DNA of 49,748 nucleotides from Vicugna vicugna (Eukaryota): the NCBI GenBank assembly GCA_013265495.1, contig MU058636.1, forward strand, positions 10,391,066 to 10,440,813, written 5' to 3'. The position numbers and the translations under genes are program-made. The notes beneath the pieces were generated by a model. That model was not told the DNA's origin, did no database searches, and was given only the letters and a program-made list of their open reading frames with translations. Of the stretch, positions 11,090 to 25,903 are shown piece by piece (the stretch's first letter is position 1; the number at the start of each line of letters is the position of its first letter).

Positions 11090-14000
11090 AAATATTGTGA
11101 AATGTTGCTACATACAAAGGAGTATCTGTAATATAGTTTTTAAAGCATGATAATAAAATGACCACCTGGAAACCTACCATCTAACTTGGGAAATAGAATG
11201 TTAGTACTGTTGACGCTCCCTGGGTGTCCCTCCTCAACCACAATCAAATCCACGCCTCCCTGATTACAGTGTTGTGTTTATCATCCCCGTGATTTTCGTT
11301 ATAACCACACTTACTGCTCTAAGCAATATATTCAAAATTGTAAATGGTGATATATTGCATGCATTCTTCTGCAACTTATTTTTCAGTCAACATTGTTTCT
11401 GAAATTCATCTGGGTTGATGTGTATGGCTCTGTTTTAATCCTTTGAGCTTCTGTTTAGTGTTCAATTGCATGAATAAACCACAATTTATTTATCAGCTCT
11501 CCAGGTGACGGGCACTTTCTCCCCTGATTTTGACTACTTTGAACATTTTTTGTACATGCCTTCCAGCACGTATCTGCAAGGGTTTCTTTAGGTATACATT
11601 TCAGGAGCAGACCTGATTGTTCATAAGGTTATAGAATTACCTGTCTATATACACACACAATGATAGATGTTTATATTATATATTTATATATAAACGTTAA
11701 AAGGTATAATTGTTTCAGCTATAATTATATATGTTATATATTTATGTATTATGTTATATATATTATAAATATATAATTATGTAATCTTTAGAGTGGTTGC
11801 CAGTTTATACTCCCACCAACATTGATGTGTAAGTGATACTGCTTAGCTTTTGATTTTTTGCCCATCTGAAGAGTACACAGATATCTCAATATAGTTTTAA
11901 TTTGCTTTTCCCTCACATTCTTTCATGTATTTATTAGCCATTTTTGTATTTTCTTCTATGAAATGCCTATTCATATCTTTTGCCCATATTCTTTTGGGTT
12001 GTTTTCTTCCTCTTGATTTTTAGGTGTTCTTTGTCTATTCTGCATACTGCTTACTTGGTGATTATATGTGAAACGTTCGTCTTCTACACATTGGACTCTT
12101 GTCTCTTCACTCTTGATGTCTGTTTTGATTCAAAGTTCGAAAGTTTAACATAGTCAAAGGCATTAGTCTTTTTTTAAAGAGGCTCTGCTTTTCATATCTT
12201 AAATCCTTGCCTACATCAGAGCTATAAAGACAGTCTTTTATATTTTTGCTTTAAATGTTTAAAAATTTTTTCTCATTTAAATTTCAAATCCAACTGAATT
12301 GGATTTCTTTGTGTATTGTGAAGTAGAGAATCCACTCTTTTCCTTCATATGGATAAATAATTTTCCTAACACTTTTCATCAGAGAGCCACTTTTCCCATT
12401 GATCTGCAGTGCCAACTTTGTCATGTATCAGGTTTCCATATATTAATGGGTCTATTTCTGTGTTCTCGATTCTGCTCCATCAGTCTATTTTATTGAACTG
12501 TCTGTGTCTATAATTATAGTCAATATCCTACTAATTATTATAGCTTGATAAGTCTTGATGGCTTACAAGGCAAATTTCTTACCTCACCTTGTCTTCTTTT
12601 TCTGGAGTATTTTGGCTCTTCTTGGTTCTTTGCTTTCCTCTGTAATTTTACGATAAATTTGTGAAGTTCTGTGAAAAACCTTGTTGGGATCTTGAATGAA
12701 ATTACATTAAAGCTATAGATAAATTTGGAGTTACAGCTTTAAGATACTGAGTCTGCTTACCCATAAACTTATCTACTTGTATTTTATTACTGTTTTATTG
12801 AAGTTTTAAATCATTTTCTTCATAAAGATCTTACATATCTTTCATTGAGATATGTATTTTTGATGCTACTGTAAATGGTATCTTATAAATTATCTTTTGT
12901 CTGTTGCAACAGCACACTTGCTAAACTGTTCTATTAATTCTTATAATTTATAGATTCTTTTGGTTTCTATATAATCATAGACTAATAATGATAGTTTTGT
13001 TTCTTCCTTCCTATACTAGTTATCTATCAGGGCATAACAAATTACCTCAAATTCAGGGGCTTAAAACAACATACACCTACTATCTCCATGTTTCTGGGTC
13101 ACTTAGCTGGGTCCCCTGCCCAGGGTCTCACAAGGATGCAATCAATGTGTCACCCAGGCTGTGGTCCTTTTTAGAGCATAGGGCCCTCCTGCAAGATCAC
13201 GATTGCTCGCAGAATTCAGTTACGGGGGGCTATAGAATGGAGCTCCCCATTTTGCTGCTGGCTGTCAGCTGGGGATTGCTCTCGGCTCCTAGTGACCCCC
13301 CCGCCCCAGTTCCTTGCCATGTGGCCCATCCATTCACAGGCCTTCTCACAACATGGCAGTTTACTTCTTCAAACTCAGTGGAATACTCACCCAGTCACTA
13401 ACAAAGAGTCCTACACAACAGTGTGAACACAAGCATGACTAATTCCATCACTTTTGCCACAGAACATAATTCATTGCAAGGAGTGACTAGACCCATCAAA
13501 TTTGCCATATTCTATTTACTAGAAGCAAGTCTCAGGTTCCGCCTACTGTCAAATAGGGGAAGTGATTCACTGGAGATTTCTTTATGGGAAATTTCCAATC
13601 GTAGTTGCTTTACATTTCTTTTTCTTGCTGGACTACACAGTCTAGGCCTCTAATACAATGTTGACAATAAATTGTGGTCTTATCATGTAAAGGAAACAGT
13701 TTAATGATTCACTATAAAGTTAAGATGTTTGCTGTAGGTTTTTTGTAAATGCCATTTATCAGGTTAAATAAGTTCTACTTGAAGTTTTCTACTTTTTATT
13801 GGTATTAGAAGTGTTGAATTTCATCAAACTTTCTTCCTGCATCCTTTCAGGTGATGTATTTTTTTTTTCTCCATTGTTAAACCACCCTTGCATTTCTGGA
13901 ATAAACTAGATTGTACCTTTTCTTTCCTATTTATTGCTGGATTTTGTTTTGGATTTTTCAAATGTGTCTTCATGATTGAGATTAATCTTTGTCATTCTGA

Positions 14001-14600
14001 TCTCTTGAGTTACAGTTTGTTCCCCTTTTCTATGCTTTGGGATTATAAGATTAGGATACTTTGCCTTCTGAGTAATTTGAACTTTCTGAGAAATGGTCTG
14101 AGTTTATTGTTTTCTTTCTGGGAAGATTTTTACAATAGAGATCCAATTCTCTCAGTTATTAAATTATCATTTTTCTTTTAAACTATCCAGAAAGATCCTC
14201 TGACCCATTTCTCTTTTTTCTTCTTCTGGAAATCTGATTGCACAAATGTTACTTTCTTATACTAATCTTTACCTTTCATATTTCTTTTCTCTTTGATTCT
14301 CTCTGCTGCATGTGTAATTTCTTTAGACACTGTTTTTTCAATGTCTAATCTGTTGTTAAATCCCTTCACTAAATTTTATTTTTTTTCAGGATCTGTTTGG
14401 TCACTTTTATAGTCTTCTGTTCTATAGTTGATTCTAATTTACACATTTTATATTCTGAATATAAGCCCAATATTTAATAGCTTTATGAGTCTGATTCTTT
14501 TGTCTTTTGGTTCTGCTGGAATGCATCCATGTGCTTTGTTTCCTCATATGTTTTATAATTTGAAGCTTGGGTTTATGGTAGGTTCCTTAACATAAAATTT
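11090..14600 (-). mobile_element. Highly decayed L1ME-like element, interrupted by an MLT1
   Basis: Long T-rich tract with antisense L1 ORF2 and 3' motifs (e.g. TTTATACTCCCACCAAC, TGAAATGCCTATTCATATCTTTTGCCCA, GATGTTTGCTGTAGGTTTTTTGTAAATGCC). Boundaries approximate. Confidence 0.7.
13012..13590 (-). mobile_element. MLT1 (ERVL-MaLR) solo LTR
   Basis: CATAACAAATTACCTCAAA...GGCTTAAAACAACA; TTGCTGCTGGCTGTCAGCTGGGG; CAGTTCCTTGCCATGTGG. Confidence 0.7.
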
Positions 14601-14890
14601 TTGTTTGCTTGTGCCAGGGCCTGAAGCACTACTAGCCTGAGGCCACTGTAAACTAAATTCTTGTTTTGAGGGGTTTTTTTGAGAATCCTTTGTTATATGA
14701 ATTTGAGTCAAACTGTTAAGCACTACAATATGAAAAATAGTTTTAACTTTGGCATGATGACCTAAAGTACTAGAGGGGGTTAGTATAAGCCTTTTATTTC
14801 TACAAGGTTACTTCACTATAGTGCCCCATACTGAGGCAAGGGATATTAATTTAGTGTGAAAAATATACATATACATACAAATACAGAAAC

Positions 14891-14892
14891 TA

Positions 14893-14917
<25 letters not shown>
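14891..14917. repeat. (TA)13 microsatellite
   Basis: Perfect dinucleotide run downstream of the MRPS31 poly(A) site. Confidence 0.95.
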
Positions 14918-14924
<7 letters not shown>

Positions 14925-15252
14925 TAGTTTATGTATATAAATTCGTCTGTAATCTCAACTGTTTTAACCCTCCTGATGTCATCATATATGGCTAACTATT
15001 GTATTTCAAAGAAGTATGGTCACTGAATGAAAAGAAAAGGATTAGAGGAAGTTGTCCTAAAATTATTACTAACTCTAAATTTTGTTTTGTTTTGTTTTGT
15101 TTTTAGAATTACTAGTTGAATCCATAAAAGCTGGTAATTTTTTTCCATGCAGGAGTATTTTTCAGTTACCACTGTATATACTTTTAAATAATTTAACACC
15201 ATTCAAATCAGATGCAATAAAGAACACAATATAGGAAAACTTCCCGTAAAAT

Positions 15253-15258
15253 TTTATT
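15253..15258 (-). terminator. MRPS31: MRPS31 polyadenylation signal AATAAA
   Basis: TTTATT on the plus strand about 50 nt after the stop, followed on the minus strand by T/GT-rich sequence; implies a very short 3' UTR. Confidence 0.75.
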
Positions 15259-15308
15259 TAGTTATAATACGAATCTCCAACAGCCTGAAATAAAAATGTC
15301 CATGATCT

Positions 15309-15560
<252 letters not shown>

Positions 15561-15869
15561 TTAAAATTTTGAATGTAAAACCTACACTATAAAATCAGCC
15601 TTAATGAGGTAATACAGTATTACAGTTAAAGGCACAAACTTTGGAGTCAGGTCTGCTCACCGACTTAACAGCCATGTGATTGGGCAAATTAATTAACTTC
15701 TCTGAGCATCAATTTCCTCAGGCATAAAGCAAGTATTAAAACAGCACCTCCGTCATGGGATTTTTGTAAAGATTAAACAGACACAAAGCTTATAAAGCTC
15801 TTTTACAATGCTTAGCATACTATAAATGTTCAAAATGTAGCAGCAATTACTGGTAATGAGTATTTTACT

Positions 15870-18600
15870 ATCTAAAGAAACCACTAAGAAAACTATACAA
15901 ACTACACCAAAAACATATAAACAAAATAAGATAGAATCCTAAGATATATTTCAGCAGCCCACAGGAAGCCAAGAAAGGACAGAAGAGTGAGAAACAGAGA
16001 AAAAGAACAGAGAACAAACAATAAAGTGGGAGACTTAAGGTCTCATACATCAATAATTACTTTAAATGTAAATAGTCTAAATAAACAATCAAAAGAGATT
16101 GGCACAGAAAAACACGATCCAATTATATGCTATCTACCAGACACTCACTTCAAATACCTATAACACGGGTAGGTTGAAAGGAAAAGGACGGAGGAGGACA
16201 TATCTTGCTAACATGAATCTTAAAAAAAAAAAAAATGCACCAGTGGCTATAAGAATATCAGACAAAGTAGACTTTAGAGCAAAGAAAGTTACTAGAGAGC
16301 AAAGAAAGTTACTAGAGAGCAAGAGGAACATTACATAATAAAAAGATTGACTCACAAAGAAGACACAGCAGTCTGAATTATGTATGCACCAAACAAGAGT
16401 TTCTAAATACATGAAAGAAAAATTGATAGAAATAAGAGAAATGGAGAAATTCACAATTATAGTTGGAGGTTTCCATATCCCACTGTCAGCAATTGCAAGA
16501 ACTTTAGAAATTAGCAAAGACACAGAAGAACTGAACAACATCAACCAATAGGATCACATTGGCATCTACAGAATACTCTACCAAACTACTACAAAATATA
16601 AATTCTTTTCAAGCATCCATGGAACATTCGCCCAATTTAACCATATCCTGGCTCACAAAACAAACTTCAACACATTTCAAATAACTGAAATAATACATAG
16701 TATGTTCTGATCATAAAGGAATCAAAATAGAAATCAGTAACAGGAAGATGACAGGAAAATCTTCAGTTGGAGATTAATATAAATAATTCATGGTCATAAA
16801 GGAAATCTCAAAAGAAATTTTAAAAAAACATAGAATTGAATGAAAATGCAACAAATCAAAATTTGTGGAACACAGCTGACACAGTACTGAGAGGGAAATA
16901 CACAGCACTACATGTCATACATAAAAGGAAAAGTCTCAAATCAAGAATCTAAGCTCCCAGTTTAAGAGCCTAGTAAAAGAAGAGCAAAATAACCCCAAAG
17001 CAAGCAAAAGGAAGGAAACAATAGAGATAACACCAGAAATCAATAAACTGAAAACGGAAAATAGAGAAAAGTCAATGAAACCAATACCACATTCTTAAAA
17101 AAAAAAATCAGAAAAATTGATACATCTTTAGCAAGTCTTAATAAAGAAAAAAGAAGGCACACACCAACAATATTAGGAATGAAAAGAGGGTTATCATTAT
17201 AAACCATGAGATCATTAAAAGGATATAAAGGAATACTACAAACAACTTTACACTCACAAATTCAACAACTTGGAAAAAATGGACAACTTAAAAGCAATCC
17301 ACTGAACTACCAAAACTCAATCAAAATAAAACAGATAACCTGAATAATCTTACAACTATTAAAGAAATGTGTAACTTAAAAGCTCTCAAATAAACGCTGT
17401 AAATCAACTATACTTCAGTAAAAATAAATAAAAGGTCTTAAACATTTAAAGAAGAATTAATACCAATCTTACACAGTCTCTTCCAGAAACTAGAAGAAGG
17501 GATGCTTCCCAATACATTTTATGAGGCCGGTAGTAAGCTTGTTAAAAAACCACATAAACAGAGAATCACCAAAAAAAGGAGTGAAAGAACTACAAACCAG
17601 TATCTCTAATGAACTTAGAGGCAAAGAACTTGATATCCACAGCATGGTCCATAAAAGGAAAAAATCGGACCCCATCAAAATTAAAGACTTGGTCTGTAAT
17701 GACTGTTAAAAGGATATAAAGACAAGTTATAGGCTCGGAGAAATATTTGCAAACCATATATTCATCAAAGGACAAGTATCTGCAATATATTTTTTAAAAA
17801 CTCAAAACATTAACAGTAAAAACCCAGACAATCCAAGTAGAAAACAGAGAAAAGAGACATTTCACTGAAGATACAGATGGCAAACACACACATGAAAAAG
17901 ATGTTCAACCTCATTAGCCATTAGGAAAATGAAGATTAAAACCACAATGAAATATCAATACACACCCATCAGAAAGTGAACACACCTCCAAGAAAAAATA
18001 ACATCAAACGCTGGTGAGAATGAGAAACTAGATCATTCATACAATGCTGGTGGGAATATAAAATGGTATAGCCACTCTGGAACACAACTTGGAAGTTTCT
18101 TTAAAAACTAAACTTGTAAGTACCATACAACCTAACGACTGCACTCCTGGGTATTTATCCCAGGGAAATGGAAATTTGTATTCATACAGAAACTTGTACA
18201 TGAATATTTACAGAACCTTTACTGTAACAGCCAAAAGCTAGTAACAACCCAGATGTCTTTTATCAAGTGAACGGTTCAACAAACTATAAGGTACATTCAA
18301 ACCATGGAATATTACTCAGCAATTAAAAACAACAACAAAAAACCCTCCTGATACAGGTAGCAATTTGGATACATCTCCAGAGACTTAATCATGCTGAGTG
18401 GAAAAAAAAGAAAAAGTCAATCCCCAAAGACTACATAGTGTTTGATTGCATATATATTTCTGACACAATTATAGAAACAGAATGGATTTAGTGAGTGCCA
18501 GGAACCAGGGGCTAAGAAAGGGAGGCAGTGGATGTAGTTATAAAGAGGGTATAAGAGAAACCCTTGCAGTGATAGAACTGTTCTGTATCTTTATTGTTCT
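15870..18600 (+). mobile_element. Decayed L1 (L1MC/MD-like) with ORF2 remnants in MRPS31 intron 6, antisense to the gene
   Basis: From about 16113 it reads HDPIICYLPDTHF, resembling the L1 endonuclease DPTICCLQETHF motif; also ISDKVDFRAK and IIVGGFHIPLS; typical 3' L1 motifs to about 18590; many frameshifts. Confidence 0.88.
16276..16322. repeat. 20-bp tandem duplication within L1 ORF2
   Basis: AGAGCAAAGAAAGTTACTAG x2 plus a partial copy. Confidence 0.9.
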
Positions 18601-18660
18601 GTATCGTTTTTACAAGAAAAAATCTAACATCAAGAATAACAAAAATTCAAAAATGGTGGA

Positions 18661-18745
18661 GGGGGGAGGGTATAGCTCAGTACCTCCACTTAAAAATAAA
18701 TAAATAAATAAACCTAATTACCCTCCTCCCCCTAACAAACAAACA
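18661..18745 (+). mobile_element. Internally deleted Vic-1-like SINE
   Basis: GGGGAGGGTATAGCTCAGT joined directly to ACCTCC...AAACCTAATTACCC; flanked by AAAAATGGTGG and AAAAGATGGTGG. Confidence 0.8.
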
Positions 18746-21700
18746 AAAGATGGTGGTGTGGGGGGTTTATAAGTTAAAATTTCTCCAGAACTGAAAAATA
18801 AAGTTCCCAGATTAAAGGACTCAATATTGCCTAGAACAACGATTTAAACAAATAAAATCCCTTACCAAGGATCATCTTTCTTAAACTTATGAACATTACA
18901 GTCATACTAATATAAGCAATGAATACAGATCTAACAAAAATTGTGATATATTTATACCGAGACGATGAGGGGAGACATACGCACTAGAAAATATCTAAAA
19001 TGTGTAGCAATTAAAGCATGTAATTTAGAAATGTCAAAAATAAAATATAGCTGAAAGATTGAAAGACATTGGCTCTAGAACAGGCTGTATTAAGTGACAA
19101 AAATAATTGCTTTATATTATAAGCTTTATTTTAAACTATAAGCTTATTACAATTTAAAAAATCAAAATAACTGAGAAAGAAGAGACAGTTATTTCCCACT
19201 AAGTAACAGTTGAAGAATCAAAGTTTGTATCGTATCAAGTTGCTACAAACTGATAGAACAACTCAACAGAAAAGGTCAAAGGATATGAGGAGGTAAGTCA
19301 GAGAACAAGTATGAAATAGCAAATAAACATTCAAAAAGATGCATAATCTGGTTAGCAATTAAGGAATTGCAAACAAAAACATCAACGATACCACAGGTGC
19401 CCTGAACATTTGAAAGATTAAAACATAGTCAGCATCAGGTAAGGTGTGAAGAAATAGGATGTTCATATCTGTTTGGAGGGTGAACCGGTTATCTTTTTAG
19501 AAAAGAATGTGTCAATATTTATTGCAATTTAAAACATGCTTGACCCTTCTGAGAACTAAAAGTACTCAGACATGTACAGAAGGACATGTATAAAAGGATT
19601 CACTACAGCACCATCCATCAAAGGAAAATGGTAAAATAAATAGTGTGGTCCCATACAGACCAAAACAAAACAACAGATAAATGTGTAACGACCATTTAAG
19701 GTAGTCTGTGAAGATACATACCAAACTATTGACCATGGTGGTTTCAGGAAAGGGGTAGTGAACTGAGGGGTAAAGTATTTTCTCTGTCCTTCCATATTAT
19801 TTAACTTTTTTGCAAGGAAACTTTCATATATTTATTTCTTAATTTAAAATATTTTTAATAAACAAAAGAAACACAATATAATGAGAAAATAAGAATGGAA
19901 AATTAAATACAGGAAGAAAATCCCACATGGTGTTCAATCAACTAAAGTAACACAGGTTAAATCTGTCTAATTCTGCTTTAAATGTTACTAAATATAATTA
20001 AATCCTGAATACAGCTAAAAATATGGTACAGCAAATAAGGGGTAAAATTTAGTTAATAGGAATGACAAATTATTTTTGACACGAATATATTACAGCACTG
20101 AAGCAAATTCAGTCACTTTCATTTTGACTTGTTTCCACTTCTATTTTGTCAAAACTATTAATTCTTTTCCTGCCAGTACTTTGAGGCTCTTGTCCATAGG
20201 CCACCATCTCAAACAAGCAACAGACTGTTTCAGACAACACGTACCTAATCATCTTTTATCTGCCCTGATTTTCTCCACACCATACTCTCCCACGTTAACA
20301 GAGCCCTCTTTAGAGTTGTATGGTAATTTTGAATTTTATAACTATTCTTGCTAGCTCATATTATAGCACACATTCCAGATATCCTATAGCAGAGGATAAT
20401 ACATTAGTGAACAAGTTTAAACCAACTGAAGAATAAAAACAGAAGTGTGACTGACATCCATGACTGAGCTTTTTCACCCACAGAAGCCTTTAAACTGACA
20501 AATTATTCTTGGAGAACATCTCAAAAACACCTGTAACTTGGTGGCATACATATGGCTAATGAATATTCGAGAGCAAGACTCTATTTACTGGGTAGTGGTA
20601 AAAATGTGTTTAAATTCAGTTAGAACCAAAGCTAAAATAAAAATTTTATTATCAATCCAATATATAACAAATACTACAAAATCTTAACTGGGAACAATTC
20701 CGCCTAACAGCTCTTGTAAATCTCTAGGCTGGCAAAGCACAACAGAAGCAGAAAACCAGGTCTTAAAACAAAAACTGACAAAAAGCTACTTCAAATTGGA
20801 AAAACAACTTTTACATTTTTAAGTGGCAAAACAACAAACTGAAATTTTTTATAAGACAGAAAAACAAAACACTAGGAAGTAAATTGTAAACACAGGACAT
20901 GCCATTTTGTCATTTTCAGTATTATGTTCCCAACTGACATGGTGAGGCCCTAACTATAAAACAAAACACCTTTTCCCAAAAGCATCAAAGTAAATCTTCA
21001 TGAAGCTAATTATCAGGAGAGAGAGCATGATATTTTATTAATCTTAAAATTTAAGAAACATAAAAGAATATTATTGAACGGTGGAGGCTCTAGGTTCTAA
21101 CGCCAGTCCTCAAAGTGTGTGCTGAGGGGAGTGATCAAAGTGAGAAAGTTTCCACAGTTCCTTTCCTGTTTTTCATTCAGATAACAATTGCCTTGAGGAG
21201 CTGGAAATGAGATACCTTCCTCTCCGACCCTGAAGCATCAATAATACGTACAGCGTACATGGACACTTGTCACATTCATCTCCCCGACCTGACCAGAAAA
21301 CATGGGTTTCTTTTTTTTCTTTTTTAGAAATTACACTTTCTCAAAAACCAGGCCAAATCTAAGATAAATCCCTTTGGAGTCTGGACACTCAAGATTTTGA
21401 TGAACTTAAATGGTTTACTGTTGATGACAATGTACCCCCAATTCATGCTTTCCTATTATCCTATTTGATGGTTCCTAGAAAATACATAATATCCTCGTGA
21501 ATATTTTAAGATTTATAAATATTATAGTAGAGAACAGAAAATAGTTATAACAGCAAATCCCTTCACAGCACTGTTGTACAAACAGCTGATGACGGTGAAG
21601 ATGCTGTACTTGGATAATCCTAGTTGCTTCTCAGAAGAATCCCATAAAATGAGTGCTATTATTATTCCTACAGTTTACAGATGGGGAAGTGAGGCTTGGA

Positions 21701-23225
21701 GAGATTAAGACTCACTCAGGAATTTGAACTCCTAACCACCACACTTCACTCTCCTAAATAAAGTCACATATTCTACCTTAATACTGGGTTTTAAAACCAT
21801 GTTTTTAATCATGAGGACCTGGAACACCCAAGTTTCATCAAATATGGAACAAAGTCTTCCCTTAATGTCATACATTTTATTTGTTAGTTTGCTTGCTACT
21901 TTTAAAATTCTATGATCATACAGGAAGGGAAAGGGACTAACATTTATTCCTATGTATTATATGCCAAGAACTGTGCTGAGCAACTCAGTAACTATCCGAT
22001 TTAATTCTTACATTCTTCCAATGAGGTTTCTTTAATCTTATAGATGAAGAAACTAAGGGTTAGGAGGTTAAAGGATTTCCTCAAAGGCAAATGGCTAATA
22101 ATGGACAGAGCTGAGAGCTGTACACAGGTTCACACAAATAAAAGTCCTTGTTTTTTAAACATTATCTCGATACCTTTGAAGTAGAAGCCACAATACTTTA
22201 AAAAAATATATATTATGTAATAGATGAAACATAGGCTGCTATATGTATTACTGAACATACCATACAAATATGCAAAATAAGAATTTCCTAAAGGATTTGT
22301 AAGCCTATAAAATTTTCCTATACAAAATAATGCTTTATGAAAATATACGACTATTTCTGATATTTAAGTTTCCATTCCACTTATCAATCGAAACAAATGA
22401 AAGGCTGTCAATAATTGAAATATTATAGTTCAGCATAACATTACAAAGCTTAAAATATGCACTACATTTTCCTAAGACTTCCTGACGTATTTGCAACCTC
22501 TAGCTAATCTTACCATAAAAGTAAATGAATCTCTTCTAATTGAAAATACATCTATAAAATTCAATGGAATGTTTAGCTGATGACATCATGGGTGTCATTA
22601 AAAAAAAAAAAAAACCACAGTAATACTGTTTTCCTTTTGACTGAGTAAGAGGTAACATCTCCAGAAAAATCTCCAGGAAAGTAGGTAATATTTTATTACT
22701 GGTTCAAAGCATCTAGGTATGCAGCCAAAGAGTCCCAAAGAATTTCAAAGCCTCCCAACATTTTTGCTTTGAATGGCTCTGAGTACAAGAAATGTGTGCC
22801 TCATTAATGCAATGGTTTTATGAGTAAAAGATACCAGCATAAGACTTGAAGAGTTGTAATGTTCTCCGAAACGTAAGCATGACCTCATAACCAGTATTTA
22901 AGGTACTAGAAGTTTTACCAGGTAATTTCCTGCTTAGCAAGTAGAAAGCTATCATCGTTTGTAGTTCTCCACACTTTATGTCACAGGCATTCATGACATA
23001 TTTCTGCCATATAATTTTACTTCTTAATTTTCCTAAATAAATAACTAGAATTAAGTGAAATTCCAGCATTCTTTTTAAAAACACGGTCAGATTTCTTTCA
23101 GGACACCACAAACATGTTTACACACAGGTTTGAAATTCATGTATATATCTAGAATCTACAACTGAATATCTGCCAGATCAAATCTCAATCACTGAGCTTT
23201 ACGAACCTTTGATGTTAAGACTTAC

Positions 23226-23369
23226 CTGCTTCATTGTTTATTGGGAACTCCCACAATTTCCCCTCTTTTGTCCACTGGATCATCTCTTCAAAACCATTCT
23301 GAAAGGGTTGTTCAGTGACTGCAGCTAACTGCTTAGCAAATTCTATATCCCAAAGAGAAGGTCCTGCCT
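23226..23369 (-). CDS. MRPS31: MRPS31 coding exon 6 (144 bp)
   Basis: Acceptor ttctacag|AG; reads (E)[47 protein letters not shown]; donor G|GTAAGT. Confidence 0.97.
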
Positions 23370-25517
23370 CTGTAGAATCAAAACATTCAAAATAAGCACA
23401 ATTCCATGTAAATACCTTTCTTTTTAAAAATGTTGTCATCCCTTCTGAATTGGTAATATTTTGTCAGATCTTGAAGCTCATAATTATAATGTATAATGAA
23501 AGTCACTCACTGATAGGTAAAATTGAAACAAAAATAATAAGGACTACAACCACGATAATTGCAAACCTCACTTTTGTCTTACTACAATGCGAGGTAATCA
23601 ACCCCTATCTCACTGCCCCCTCTACTGGAAAGGAAAAAAGAAATGTCTGTTTTGTTTAAGGATATTTTTATGACTGAATATTTTTTATATTAACATACAG
23701 ATTTTGATCTTTAAAGTCCAGCCTATTTATTTTCAGTCTGTCAAGGTAAGTCACTAATGTGCTACTAATAAAGACCAAAGAAGTTAAATTAACATAATAA
23801 GAATGATAATGATAATACTACTAATGGATACTGGGCACTTACTCTGTGCTAAATACTTTTTATACATTAGTTCATTCAACCCTCACAACCAACTCTATGA
23901 GTAAGGTAATGTAATGTTAGCTTACTACCAAAATCATCACGTTTCAATCATTTATTTCCTTTGGAAATTTAAGACATCCTTAAAGAATGAGTCATATTCC
24001 CACCAATCATTGCTGGTGGAAATGTAAAATAAGAACTTAAGGACTTAAAAAATACACTTACCATACAGCCATTTTACTCCAAGATGTTTTACCCAAAAGA
24101 GAACATGTCCATACAAAGACCTGTACATGGAGACTCATGTATGACATGCCGACCACAGACTGACTGCTGTATACGAAGAATGTTGGCCCTGAACATCTGA
24201 TATAAAGATCCCAGCAGTTAGGCTATAATTAGCCACATTTACAGAGTAATCATAACTGTACAATAACTTAATTATCATGGTTACGTTTTTAAAATTTATT
24301 CACGGGACACTGCTGAACTTCTCTTTCCCATGATCATGATCATCATCATCATCCTTAACAGCTGCAACTATTTACTGAATGTCCATTGTGTTCTAAGTAC
24401 TGTCCCTGACACTTTAATTATATTACCTCATTTAGTCCTTGAGATGTATGTATTAGCCCCATTTTATAGGTGGGGAAAGGGAGACTCAGAGAGGTTAGTA
24501 CAGCAGAATCCAAATTTGAATAATCAAGATCTACCCAAACCAAAACTCTTTCCATTAAGCTATACTGCCTCTCAGCTCTAGTTTACTCCAGGATAAGCAG
24601 TAGGGTCTAAGACAATACTCTCTGCGAAGTGGTAAGAACTCAGTGGGGAGCAAAATGTGGGAATCGTGGGACAGGAGAACTCATTCATCCAGTTAATGAA
24701 CAATTATTGAATGCCAACTACATGTCAGGCATTATTTCACGTGGTTGGGGGAAGCAGTGAAAAAACACTAAATTTAAGTTTGCACCTTATTGTTATTCTT
24801 GTATTTCACTGGGAACAAAGACATTCTTCAGATTCATCCAAGTATAGCTCATTAAAATAGTACCTTCATTAGAGTAAAGTTACATAAATCTGTGCATTTT
24901 ATATTGTTTTATAAATAAATACAACTTCAGTACCTCCTTGCCAGCTAATTTCAGTTTTAGGAATAAGATTTCTGATTTAAAAAAGCATGCCGGCTCCTTC
25001 AAGAATCCAAGTGCCTTTTCTGGCTGTTCATTATTAGGTGCACAACAGCAGCTGCCCTGACAACAAACTCCCTTCCCGAGGCAAGCTTAACAGCTGCCAC
25101 TTCAACAGGGGAGAGGTGATCCATTCTTCACGCCTGTGCGTTTGTATTTCCTTTTCATCATACAGGACAGAATGCAGTTGTCACCATACAAGGAGGGAGC
25201 TGTTCTCTTAGTTTCACCTTCAGTTTAAATGAACAGACACTGAGTGAAATAACTCCTTCCCTGTATGGATATACATTTTATAGCTCAATTAGTTTAAAAA
25301 AGGATTTAAAGGATTTAAGGTAACTATTCCTATTATCTATAAGCCGCTTGGCTAGGTGCTACTGGGTATACAAAAATCATTGAGACCTAGCCCCTAACAT
25401 CAAGGAGTTTATTGAACAGTAGGAAAAGCAGATGTTTTTATAAGTAACTGATAGAAAGATTAAATGAGCCACTGCAAGATGGCCTAAGAACTTAAATATC
25501 AAATATAAAATTATTTC

Positions 25518-25661
25518 GGGGGAGGGGATAGCTCAAGTGGTAGAGCACATGCCTAGCATGCACAAAGTCGTGGGTTCAATCCACAGTACCTCCTCTAAAA
25601 AATTAATAAGTAAACCTAATTACCCCCCCAAAATAAATAGATAAATAAATATAAATTAAAA
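25518..25661 (+). mobile_element. tRNA-derived SINE (Vic-1-like) in MRPS31 intron 5
   Basis: A and B boxes, A-rich tail, TSD AAAATTATTTC (25507-25517 and 25662-25672). Confidence 0.9.
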
Positions 25662-25903
25662 AAAATTATTTCTACCAAAGTCCAAAAAGCTAAGTTACAA
25701 TCTTTAGAAATTAGTGTCACTTATAAGCTGAGACCATCTGTATGGAGTATCTTCATTTATTTTATCAGTAAACTAAATTTAATGTCAAGCAATAAGACAT
25801 TCTTATTTCTCTTTTAACTAGTCTTACAACAGTGAATCTGAAGGATTTGATTTCTTGCCCAAAGAAAGGGGGAAGAATATAGAGAACAAAGACTAAGTGT
25901 GTT

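Noticed and set aside
16099..17775. ORFs in intron 6 as a nested gene
   Set aside because: They are frameshifted L1 ORF2 remnants and their antisense frames.
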